DNA of 32,000 bases from positions 1,170,001-1,202,000 of the forward strand of contig OX638337.1 in the NCBI GenBank assembly GCA_951812855.1, in the 5' to 3' direction. This document shows, piece by piece, positions 8,937-17,447 of this stretch. Numbering within the stretch: position 1 is the stretch's first letter; every line of letters begins with the position of its first letter. The position numbers were made by a program, and so were the translations under genes. This DNA is from an uncultured Lentisphaeria bacterium. Its GTDB lineage: Bacteria; Verrucomicrobiota; Lentisphaeria; JABSQK01; JAJFLO01. A model generated the notes under the pieces. It saw only the letters and a list, made by a program, of their open reading frames with translations, did no database searches and was not told where the DNA came from.

Positions 8937-9710
8937 TTATCCAAATCGTCCGCTGATATAATCTTCTGTTTGTTTTTCATGAGGGTTACTGAATATGTGT
9001 TCGGTGTCGCCGCATTCTATTAACTTACCCAGATAAAAAAATGCCGTTCTATCCGATATACGCGAAGCCTGCTGCATGTTGTGTGTCACAATGATAATCG
9101 TAAATTTTTTCTTCAGTTCTAAAATCGTTTCTTCAATTTTACCGGCAGCAATCGGATCCAGTGCTGAACAGGGTTCATCCATCAAAATAATTTCAGGCTT
9201 GATTGCGATGGTTCTGGCAATACATAGACGTTGAGTCTGACCTCCGGACAAACCCAATGCACTCGAATGAAGTCTGTCTTTTACCTCATCCCATAATGCC
9301 GCATTTATTAAACTTTCTTCTACAGCATTGTCCAGAACTTCCTTATCTTTTATACCTGCTATTCGTAACCCAAAAACAATATTTTCATAAATGCTTTTTG
9401 GAAAAGGGTTTGATTTTTGAAAGATCATACCAACTCGTTTACGTAAACCTATAACATCCAGGTCCCGTGTATAGATGCTCTGACCTATCAGTTGAATATC
9501 ACCCTCATGATTTGTATTTTCAATTAAATCATTCATCCGATTGATGCTGCGCAATAAAGTTGATTTTCCACATCCTGACGGACCGATAAAGGCAATAATT
9601 TCATTATTGACAACTCTCAGGTCAATGTCAAAAAGCACCTGATTTAGACCGTAATAAAAACTAAAATTATTAATCGAAATAATGTCTGAATTTCGTTTAA
9701 CGCTGGTCAC
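8937..9710 (-). CDS. pstB: phosphate ABC transporter ATP-binding protein
   Basis: Walker [10 protein letters not shown]; signature [13 protein letters not shown]; Walker [13 protein letters not shown]; characteristic PstB C-terminus [10 protein letters not shown]. Confidence 0.95.
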   Translation of the reverse strand: MTSVKRNSDIISINNFSFYYGLNQVLFDIDLRVVNNEIIAFIGPSGCGKSTLLRSINRMNDLIENTNHEGDIQLIGQSIYTRDLDVIGLRKRVGMIFQKSNPFPKSIYENIVFGLRIAGIKDKEVLDNAVEESLINAALWDEVKDRLHSSALGLSGGQTQRLCIARTIAIKPEIILMDEPCSALDPIAAGKIEETILELKKKFTIIIVTHNMQQASRISDRTAFFYLGKLIECGDTEHIFSNPHEKQTEDYISGRFG

Positions 9711-9790
9711 TGTGATTTCACTTTTATTTGATGTTCACAGTCCATGACAACTGCCTGATTCAATGATTAACGGTTCCACAAATTGCATAA

Positions 9791-11473
9791 TTAAATTGCG
9801 CTCATTGAATATTTTTTTCGCAGCTTTTCACGTACTGTTACAGCAGTAAGATTAAGGATAACAACTAATAGTATCAAAAATAATGTTGTCGCAAATACCA
9901 TCGGTTTTGCCGCTTCTGAATCAGGTGATTGAAAACCAAGATCATATATATGAAATCCCAAATGCATAAATTTCTGATCTAAATGAAAAAAGGGATAAAT
10001 ACCGTCAACCGGTAATGATGGCGCCAGTTTGACAACGCCAACAAGCATCAACGGGGCAACTTCCCCGGCACCTCTGGCCATTGCTAAAATTACTCCGGTT
10101 AATATACCCGGCACTGAAGCAGGCAGTACAATCCGGTATAAACACTGCCATTTTGATGCACCGCATGCAAGACCGGCTTCTCTTAAACCTCGCGGAACCG
10201 CTGATAACCCTTCTTCAGTTGCGACAATAACAATCGGCACAGTAAGTAATGCCAGTGTCAATGAAGCCCATAATATACCTCCGGTACCAAATGTCGGTGT
10301 TGGCAACGACTCGGAAAAAAATAATTTATCAATGGAGCCGCCTAAAAAATAAACAAAAAAACCAAGCCCGAAAACACCAAATACAATTGATGGAACTCCC
10401 GCGAGATTATTAACTCCGATTCTCACTAATCGCACCCATACACCTTTGCTGGCGTATTCATGGAGATAAATTGCAGTAATAATACCAAAGGGTGTCACGA
10501 TCAATGTCATAACAAGGGTCATGATAAATGTTCCAAAAATCGATGGAAAAATTCCCCCCTCTGTATTCGCTTCTCTTGGATTACTTACGATAAAATTGGA
10601 TATATTTTGGAAAAATCCAAAAAGTTTGTCTGAAATCGACATTTGATTCGGATAATGATAATTAATAATTGAACCTAATGGAATGATTATACGCTTCCCT
10701 GTAATCAAGCGACATTGGAGTTTGTGCGAATTCTGAGTCTGACGCAGCCGGGAGGCTCTCTCAGCGAGTTGTTCATACTCTTTCTGCAATGATTTTAATT
10801 TCTCCTCAAGTCCCTTTAGTGAATCGGGATCATCGGTTGTCCGCTTTTGCAATTGGAAGGATTTAATCTTTCTGTTTATTTTTCCTATTTCTGCTTTTTC
10901 CAATTTTTTTATTTCATCCCGCCGATCCGCAACCTCATTTACAAGCGTGGAAAATTGCCCTTCAAATATACTTGAATCACTGTCAATAGCAGTGTCATTA
11001 TCTATTATAATTTTTTCGGGATAACCGATCAAATTACCATATTCTTCACGTTCAATTTTTATGAGCTGCCCGGGTTTTGTGATTGTTTTAATATCACCGG
11101 CATCAATATAAAAAAACGAAAATCCATAGTGATCCTTATTACCGACATATAACTGCCATTCCATATTCGATTCATTTGGGTCCCCGCTTTTTTTAACCTC
11201 AGCAATAGATTTTTGCTGCTTAAGAACGATTTCACCACCTAATATTTTTGAACCGTCGATATGTGTCTGACTATCCTGATTAAGTGTAATTTGGACAATG
11301 TCTTTTATCCAGAATGCCCTCGTTCCTTCCCAGACAATCAGACCAATAATAAAAAACACCATCAATAAACAAAGTGAAAGTCCAAGGCCTGACAGCCAGA
11401 TATAACAATCTCCTTTAGGTGGCTTTTTCAACACACTTTCCGAATTAATAAGGTTTCTATCTATATCGGTCAT
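9791..11473 (-). CDS. pstA: phosphate ABC transporter permease PstA, long form with a large extracytoplasmic insert
   Basis: C-terminal permease core with the ARGAGEVAPLMLVG motif. One N-terminal TM is followed by a roughly 250-270 aa non-hydrophobic region that includes a Lys/Glu-rich probable coiled coil (EIKKLEKAEIGK...LKSLQKEYEQLAERASRLRQ). 4-nt overlap with pstC. Confidence 0.9.
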   Translation of the reverse strand: MTDIDRNLINSESVLKKPPKGDCYIWLSGLGLSLCLLMVFFIIGLIVWEGTRAFWIKDIVQITLNQDSQTHIDGSKILGGEIVLKQQKSIAEVKKSGDPNESNMEWQLYVGNKDHYGFSFFYIDAGDIKTITKPGQLIKIEREEYGNLIGYPEKIIIDNDTAIDSDSSIFEGQFSTLVNEVADRRDEIKKLEKAEIGKINRKIKSFQLQKRTTDDPDSLKGLEEKLKSLQKEYEQLAERASRLRQTQNSHKLQCRLITGKRIIIPLGSIINYHYPNQMSISDKLFGFFQNISNFIVSNPREANTEGGIFPSIFGTFIMTLVMTLIVTPFGIITAIYLHEYASKGVWVRLVRIGVNNLAGVPSIVFGVFGLGFFVYFLGGSIDKLFFSESLPTPTFGTGGILWASLTLALLTVPIVIVATEEGLSAVPRGLREAGLACGASKWQCLYRIVLPASVPGILTGVILAMARGAGEVAPLMLVGVVKLAPSLPVDGIYPFFHLDQKFMHLGFHIYDLGFQSPDSEAAKPMVFATTLFLILLVVILNLTAVTVREKLRKKYSMSAI

Positions 11474-13737
11474 ATCGTTTTATACTTTTTCCTTAAATAT
11501 TGTCGCAAAACTTCGGCAATTGTGTTGAGTATAAACGTAAAGATAAATAAAATCATGGCACTGAAAAACAACGTCCGATAAAGGGTTCCTTTATATGGTG
11601 CCTCGGGTAATTCTACGGCAATATTTGCAGACAATGTCCTCATACCTGAAAACATATCAAAATTCATGACCGGCGTGTTGCCGGTTGCCATAAGGACAAT
11701 CATTGTTTCGCCAATAGCCCTTCCAAAACCGATTATCAATCCTGAAAATATCCCTGCGGATGCTGTGGGAATTACAATGTTAAAACAGGTTTGCCATCGA
11801 CTTGCTCCTAACGCCATTGATGCAGAAGTTAAATTTTTAGGAACATTCGTTAATGCATCTTCAGAAATTGAAAAGATGATGGGGATGACAGCGAAGCCCA
11901 TTATAAATCCAACCAAAATAGCGTTTCTTTGTTCAAACGGGACCCCCGAATTTTGTGAATACCAAAGGGTAAAATTTGCTGCTGTTTCGTTTGTACCGGG
12001 ATTCCTTACAGAAAAAAAACTGGATTCAACAATCGGAGAGATATACCACGACAGCACCCCGCCCGCAAAAATAACAAAAAATAAAATAAGGTACTCATAA
12101 CCAATGTGACAATTCTTTGTCAATGATGTCGGCAGCAATGACCAAACCCAGGCAAAAAGCAACGTGCTAACCGGTAAAATAATCATTGTTAAAAACAAGA
12201 AAATAATATTTTTTTCAAAAACGGGAGCCAGCCATAATGCCGCAAGAAAACCAAGAACAACCGAGGGAAGTGACGCCATAATTTCCATCGTCGGTTTAAT
12301 AATAGCACGATATCGGAAACTAAGAAATTGAGATGTATAAATCGCTGCAAGCAATGCAATTGGACTGGCAAAAATCATCGCATAAAAGGTCCCTTTCAAT
12401 GTCCCGCAAATTAGCGGTATCATAGACATCTTCGGTTCGTATTCATCAGTACCGCCGGTTGACTGCCATTCGTATTTCGGAAACGAAGCACCTTCATACC
12501 AAATTTTTGAAAAATACGCTTGAAAACTGGCTTCAGGATGCGGATCAGACAGGGTTAGAATACGCAATTTATTTGAGTCATCCAGAACTAATATTTTATC
12601 ATATTTTGCACTGATTTTTGCATCTTTTATCTGATAATTTACCTGACTTTCCCAGCGGATTTCTTCAGTTGTTGCATATCGGAGACTGATATAATTTTTA
12701 GTTCCAAGTAAAAACAGTTTATTGCGCAAACTTTGTGCATAAAACTGGAACCTATCAGACAAACTATTTAACGATTTGGTATGATAAAATATTCGGCTGC
12801 TTTCAAATTCGGGAACGAGTAAACTGTAAATCCGGTTTTCTCCTGTCTTCGAAGTAAAGACCAATGAAACTCCGCCGAATAAGAAATTGATCGAGTCAAT
12901 TTCAGAATTACTCAAATCTTGAAATGGTTGAAAGACCTGCATTAGATCACAGGAATTCGGATTGATTTTAAAATAGTACACATCCCCGGACAATGTTGTT
13001 ATAACTAAAATATCGCCTTGAGAATTAATACGGATTTTATCGGGTGTACCATCAATTTGATCATTGAATTTGTAGCGATTACGAATACTAATTTTGCCCG
13101 CTCCAAACAGTGTTTTTTTCTGGCTTAAGCTGATAGCTGATACTTCTTGCTGTCCATCAATTTCCTGCATGGCTGCTATAAATTTATTTTTCCCGGAATC
13201 TCCATACTCGATCATATGAATAGGAAAGCCTTGTCTACCGATCTGATAGTTACTGTCAACCTTGGGCTTTACCGATAGCTTACGAATATTATTATCGAAT
13301 TGTTCGTCATAATTTAATTTAACAATTTTAACGGCCCCATCATTTGTGCCGCAAATCAATTCCTGCCGATTTTGATTATAATTTATAGTTGAAAAGGTAT
13401 CGCCATCAGCTAACGAGAAATTACTGATATTGCCAATATTATGTTCCAAATCAACAAAACGAAAATTACCTTTACGATCTAAAACAAATGGAAGTTCAGA
13501 CCATTCATCCAGACCAACAAGCTCATATTCTCCAGCCGGCAAATCAATAACGATATCTTCACTAATCTCAGGTTTCTGAAACAGCGGCAGTGTCTGAAAA
13601 AAAATAAAAATAAAAATACTGAACACAATCGCCACAACACATATCCCGCCAAAACGGATTAATTTTCCCATAAAACTGTCAACCAGAATGACCTGTCTTG
13701 CGGTATGATATCGATTTTCTATTTTTTTTTTAACCAT
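11470..13737 (-). CDS. pstC: phosphate ABC transporter permease PstC, long form with a ~400 aa N-terminal extracytoplasmic domain
   Basis: C-terminal permease core with GRAIGETMIVLMATGN. One N-terminal TM, then a long non-hydrophobic beta-rich region before the membrane domain starts near MIPLICGTLKGTFYAMIF. Confidence 0.9.
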   Translation of the reverse strand: MVKKKIENRYHTARQVILVDSFMGKLIRFGGICVVAIVFSIFIFIFFQTLPLFQKPEISEDIVIDLPAGEYELVGLDEWSELPFVLDRKGNFRFVDLEHNIGNISNFSLADGDTFSTINYNQNRQELICGTNDGAVKIVKLNYDEQFDNNIRKLSVKPKVDSNYQIGRQGFPIHMIEYGDSGKNKFIAAMQEIDGQQEVSAISLSQKKTLFGAGKISIRNRYKFNDQIDGTPDKIRINSQGDILVITTLSGDVYYFKINPNSCDLMQVFQPFQDLSNSEIDSINFLFGGVSLVFTSKTGENRIYSLLVPEFESSRIFYHTKSLNSLSDRFQFYAQSLRNKLFLLGTKNYISLRYATTEEIRWESQVNYQIKDAKISAKYDKILVLDDSNKLRILTLSDPHPEASFQAYFSKIWYEGASFPKYEWQSTGGTDEYEPKMSMIPLICGTLKGTFYAMIFASPIALLAAIYTSQFLSFRYRAIIKPTMEIMASLPSVVLGFLAALWLAPVFEKNIIFLFLTMIILPVSTLLFAWVWSLLPTSLTKNCHIGYEYLILFFVIFAGGVLSWYISPIVESSFFSVRNPGTNETAANFTLWYSQNSGVPFEQRNAILVGFIMGFAVIPIIFSISEDALTNVPKNLTSASMALGASRWQTCFNIVIPTASAGIFSGLIIGFGRAIGETMIVLMATGNTPVMNFDMFSGMRTLSANIAVELPEAPYKGTLYRTLFFSAMILFIFTFILNTIAEVLRQYLRKKYKTI

Positions 13738-13819
13738 TTTATTTAGTGAGAGAAGAGACGATTTGGAGAGATTAACTGCAGTATCAATTCAGTGATGTGA
13801 TTCAAACTGAGGAAAATTT

Positions 13820-14785
13820 TCAATTCAGCTGATCAAGTATTTCCGAACAGGCGAATGCAGGCAGCGGATAATAGCCATCTTTGACAACAATTTGCTGGCC
13901 GCTTTTTGACAGAACATAGGATAAAAATTCCAGTGTCAATTTGTCAATTGATTTATTGGGTTTTTTATTTACATAAACAAAAAGAAATCGTGCTAATGGA
14001 TACTCTCCACTTAAACAATTTTCCATTGATGGGTCTCTATAATCATTGCCCTCATCGGAAAGCGGCAGTGCACGTACACTTGAGGTTTTGTAGCCAATCC
14101 CGGAGTAACCGATTCCTCCCAATTCTGTAGCAATACCTTGAACTACCGACGACGATCCGGGCTGTTCTTTTACATTGACTTTGAAATCACCTTTACCCAA
14201 TGCAACCTTTTTGAAATAAGCATAAGTTCCTGAAGCACTGTTACGTCCGTAAAGTGTAATTGGTTTGCTGTCCCACAAACCACTCAAGCCGACCTGTCCC
14301 CATCTTGAAATTGGATTACCGCCTTTTTTGTAGGTACTCGAAAAAATGCTGTCCACCTGGGATAAGTTTAATCCACTGACAGGATTATTCTTGTGCACAA
14401 ATACAGCCAGAGCATCAACAGCAACCTTGATCTGAGTTGGTTTATAACCGAACTTACTTTCAAACATGTCCAATTCCTTTGCCTTCATTGCCCGACTCAT
14501 CGGTCCTAACTGGGCAATTTCCTCAATAAGTGCCGGCGGTGCTGTAGAAGACCCTTTGCCTTCAATCTGTATCTTGACATTCGGATACATTTTTTGAAAG
14601 CCTTCTGCCCATAGTGTCATCAGATTATTCAAGGTGTCCGAACCGATACTGTTAATCCTGCCTGTAACTCCCGAAACCTTTTTATACAACTTAAGGTCTG
14701 CATCAACCTGAATTACCTGAGACTGGACACTCAATGCCAATCCCGCCAACACACTTAAACTTATAATTTTTATTTTGTTAATCAT
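13820..14785 (-). CDS. pstS: phosphate ABC transporter substrate-binding protein PstS, copy A
   Basis: Signal peptide MINKIKIISLSVLAGLALSV; GSDTL, GKGSSTAP and SASGTYAYF blocks of the PstS/PBP family. Start set at ATG 14785 (GGAGGA SD 5 nt upstream, and the same start as copy B) rather than the track start at 14797. Confidence 0.9.
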   Translation of the reverse strand: MINKIKIISLSVLAGLALSVQSQVIQVDADLKLYKKVSGVTGRINSIGSDTLNNLMTLWAEGFQKMYPNVKIQIEGKGSSTAPPALIEEIAQLGPMSRAMKAKELDMFESKFGYKPTQIKVAVDALAVFVHKNNPVSGLNLSQVDSIFSSTYKKGGNPISRWGQVGLSGLWDSKPITLYGRNSASGTYAYFKKVALGKGDFKVNVKEQPGSSSVVQGIATELGGIGYSGIGYKTSSVRALPLSDEGNDYRDPSMENCLSGEYPLARFLFVYVNKKPNKSIDKLTLEFLSYVLSKSGQQIVVKDGYYPLPAFACSEILDQLN

Positions 14786-14836
14786 GATTTCCTCCATTGT
14801 TGTTTGTAGTTGATAAATTGATGGTGAAACTTACAG

Positions 14837-15020
14837 TTAGAACTTATATACTAAATCGAGTTGAACCAGCCTGCCCTCTCGACTGCTTCCACTGATCTCT
14901 TCAAGATCCATATACGTACTTCCCAGTGACAAGGTATCTTTGAGTTTATATTTGACACTCACTTTATGTCCCTTAACATCCGTAGAAGTCATCCCGGCGG
15001 TATCACCAAAATCACTGTCC
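14837..15020 (-). pseudogene. 3'-terminal fragment of the porin gene (duplicate of 17264-17447)
   Basis: Encodes ...TAGMTSTDVKGHKVSVKYKLKDTLSLGSTYMDLEEISGSSREGRLVQLDLVYKF, identical to the porin C-terminus. The track ORF 14837..15052 is a chimera that runs on into the 3' end of the GT gene in another frame. Confidence 0.85.
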
Positions 15021-16157
15021 GCTCGGGAACTGCACACGCACCACTGCCTCATATATCTCTAACAACAAATTACTTACATAATCCCAGCGAAATTTCGCTG
15101 CTGCCTGACGGCACTTATGTTCGTCAGGCCGCGACTTGTGCACATCATGCATGACCTGAGCGATCGCATTAACGTTCTTTGGGTTTACAGCATGCACAAT
15201 AGACGCATCGTCAATCACGCCGCCGAGCCCTTCACCTTCACCGTGTACTATTGGCAGCCCCTGAGAAAGCGCTTCCAGGTAGACCAAACCGAACGACTCA
15301 TAAAATGAAGGCAATACAAACAGGTCACTTTTTGCATAAACGAGTTTTAGCTCATCCACAGACATACGTCCCTGAATCTGTACATTGCAATCAGGGTGAG
15401 ACGGTGCGAACTGCCTTTCGTAAGAACGGCCTTTGGACTCCGCCGCACCAACAAGAATCACATTAACTGGTGATTTTTCAGCGAATCTCTCAGCAGCGCC
15501 AACCACGTTCTTCAGATTTTTCCATGCCGAAAAATCAGAGGTCGCAACAACGGTAAAAGGTCGATCTTTCGAATCTATGCGCGGTGGATTGTCGGTAAAC
15601 CAGTTGCACTCAATAGCATTAGGTACTACCGAACAACGCACCTCGATATTTGAACGCACCTTTGTTGAGAGACAACCCAAGAATCTTTGTTTGTATGCTG
15701 GTGTTAGAAATACTATTTGACTTGCCTCAGTGAGGATCTTATCGCAGAATCCGTTCAAATCAGGTCGATACTTACGAAAAAAGTTAAGGTCAGTATTCCG
15801 CACGGTAACGATATAGGGTATCCCGAACTGCTGTTTCAGATGATATGCCACACCGCCATCACTGTACAAAAAATGGCTGTGAACCAGTTCATAATCCTCA
15901 ACTGCAACACTCGAGCAGATCGATCTTCGTACCTGCTCGATCTTGAGGTTGTAAAGCAGCCGATGGTAGGGACGCAGAAGATGATCATATATGAACGTCA
16001 CATTGCGGAGATCTTCCAATGCATTCACGCCAACCTCAGCTTCAGTTCGGACCGGGACGAAAACGGTCTGATGTTCACAACTTCGTGACAACTCGGAAAC
16101 AAGGTTTCGACAGACTTTCGATCCCGCATAGTCGCTGGATATATGTAGAATTTTCAT
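15012..16157 (-). CDS. GT4-family (GT-B fold) glycosyltransferase, compositionally foreign
   Basis: N-terminal MKILHISSDY...; E-x7-E motif ESFGLVYLEALSQGLPIV. Hand GC counts of 60-nt lines give 31/60 (15121-15180), 27/60 (15421-15480) and 30/60 (15901-15960), against 26/60 in pstS (14221-14280) and 20/60 in pstC (12601-12660). The last three codons (GGA CAG TGA) lie inside the repeat. Confidence 0.8.
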   Translation of the reverse strand: MKILHISSDYAGSKVCRNLVSELSRSCEHQTVFVPVRTEAEVGVNALEDLRNVTFIYDHLLRPYHRLLYNLKIEQVRRSICSSVAVEDYELVHSHFLYSDGGVAYHLKQQFGIPYIVTVRNTDLNFFRKYRPDLNGFCDKILTEASQIVFLTPAYKQRFLGCLSTKVRSNIEVRCSVVPNAIECNWFTDNPPRIDSKDRPFTVVATSDFSAWKNLKNVVGAAERFAEKSPVNVILVGAAESKGRSYERQFAPSHPDCNVQIQGRMSVDELKLVYAKSDLFVLPSFYESFGLVYLEALSQGLPIVHGEGEGLGGVIDDASIVHAVNPKNVNAIAQVMHDVHKSRPDEHKCRQAAAKFRWDYVSNLLLEIYEAVVRVQFPSGQ

Positions 16158-16164
16158 CGAGCCA

Positions 16165-17447
16165 ATTTTATTTAGTGAGAGAGACGATTTGGAGAGATTA
16201 ACTGCAGTATCAATTCAGTGATGTGATTCAAACTGAGGAAAATTTTCAATTCAGCTGATCAAGTATTTCCGAACAGGCGAATGCAGGCAGCGGATAATAG
16301 CCATCTTTGACAACAATTTGCTGGCCGCTTTTTGACAGAACATAGGATAAAAATTCCAGTGTCAATTTGTCAATTGATTTATTGGGTTTTTTATTTACAT
16401 AAACAAAAAGAAATCGTGCTAATGCATACTCTCCACTTAAACAATTTTCCATTGATGGGTCTCTATAATCATTGCCCTCATCGGAAAGCGGCAGTGCACG
16501 TACACTTGATGTTTTGTAGCCAATCCCGGAGTAACCGATTCCTCCCAATTCTGTAGCAATACCTTGAACTACCGACGACGATCCGGGCTGTTCTTTTACA
16601 TTGACTTTGAAATCACCTTTACCCAATGCAACCTTTTTGAAATAAGCATAAGTTCCTGAAGCACTGTTGCGTCCGTAAAGTGTAATTGGTTTGCTGTCCC
16701 ACAAACCACTCAAGCCGACCTGTCCCCATCTTGAAATTGGATTACCGCCTTTTTTGTAGGTACTCGAAAAAATGCTGTCCACCTGGGATAAGTTTAATCC
16801 ACTGACAGGATTATTCTTGTGCACAAATACAGCCAGAGCATCAACAGCAACCTTGATCTGAGTTGGTTTATAACCGAACTTACTTTCAAACATGTCCAAT
16901 TCCTTTGCCTTCATTGCCCGACTCATCGGTCCTAACTGGGCAATTTCCTCAATAAGTGCCGGCGGTGCTGTAGAAGACCCTTTGCCTTCAATCTGTATCT
17001 TGACATTCGGATACATTTTTTGAAAGCCTTCTGCCCATAGTGTCATCAGATTATTCAAGGTGTCCGAACCGATACTGTTAATCCTGCCTGTAACTCCCGA
17101 AACCTTTTTATACAACTTAAGATCTGCATCAACCTGAATTACCTGAGACTGGACACTCAATGCCAATCCCGCCAACACACTTAAACTTATAATTTTTATT
17201 TTATTAATCATGAATGAGTTACCTTATTATTTGTAGTTGATAAATTGATGGTGAAATTTACAGTTAGAACTTATATACTAAATCGAGTTGAACCAGCCTG
17301 CCCTCTCGACTGCTTCCACTGATTTCTTCAAGATCCATATACGTACTTCCCAGTGACAAGGTATCTTTGAGTTTATATTTGACACTCACTTTATGTCCCT
17401 TAACATCCGTAGAAGTCATCCCGGCGGTATAACCAAAATCACTGTCC
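16165..17447. repeat. 1.28-kb direct repeat, copy B
   Basis: See copy A. Here the repeat continues seamlessly into the full-length porin gene on one side and abuts the GT start region on the other. Confidence 0.9.
16246..17211 (-). CDS. pstS: phosphate ABC transporter substrate-binding protein PstS, copy B
   Basis: 321 aa, differing from copy A by one residue (EYALARF vs EYPLARF) plus four synonymous changes. The upstream RBS patch differs (AAGGTAA-like versus GGAGGA in copy A). Confidence 0.9.
   Translation of the reverse strand: MINKIKIISLSVLAGLALSVQSQVIQVDADLKLYKKVSGVTGRINSIGSDTLNNLMTLWAEGFQKMYPNVKIQIEGKGSSTAPPALIEEIAQLGPMSRAMKAKELDMFESKFGYKPTQIKVAVDALAVFVHKNNPVSGLNLSQVDSIFSSTYKKGGNPISRWGQVGLSGLWDSKPITLYGRNSASGTYAYFKKVALGKGDFKVNVKEQPGSSSVVQGIATELGGIGYSGIGYKTSSVRALPLSDEGNDYRDPSMENCLSGEYALARFLFVYVNKKPNKSIDKLTLEFLSYVLSKSGQQIVVKDGYYPLPAFACSEILDQLN

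Larger units (their letters stand above)
13736..15020. repeat. 1.28-kb direct repeat, copy A (pstS-pstC spacer + pstS + last 184 bp of the porin gene)
   Basis: Aligned by eye to 16165-17447: 8 substitutions, one 3-nt indel (13750s) and one 17/18-nt divergent patch. Identity stops at 13735/13736 and at 15020/15021. Confidence 0.9.

Noticed and set aside
9711-9790. CTGTGA...TCACAG inverted repeat between pstA and pstB as a regulatory hairpin
   Set aside because: The stem is only 6 bp with a 19-nt loop, which is weak and unremarkable for an intra-operon spacer.
13820-14797. Longer pstS copy A start (MEEIMINK...) given by the ORF track
   Set aside because: The extra ATG GAG GAA ATC is itself the GGAGGA Shine-Dalgarno for the ATG at 14785. 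Copy B starts at the equivalent MINKIK, and the signal peptide begins there.
14837-15052. 71-aa ORF (MRQWCVCSSRADSDFGDTAGMTS...) that could be called as a gene
   Set aside because: It is a chimera. Residues from about 17 onward are the duplicated porin C-terminus. The first ~11 codons overlap the 3' end of the GT gene in another frame. It has no independent start context, so I treat it as a porin 3' pseudogene fragment.
15021-16164. IS element, integron cassette or genomic island carrying the GT
   Set aside because: There is no transposase or integrase ORF, no terminal inverted repeats, no attC-like imperfect palindrome, and no short target-site duplication. The only flanking repeats are the 1.28-kb homologous segments.
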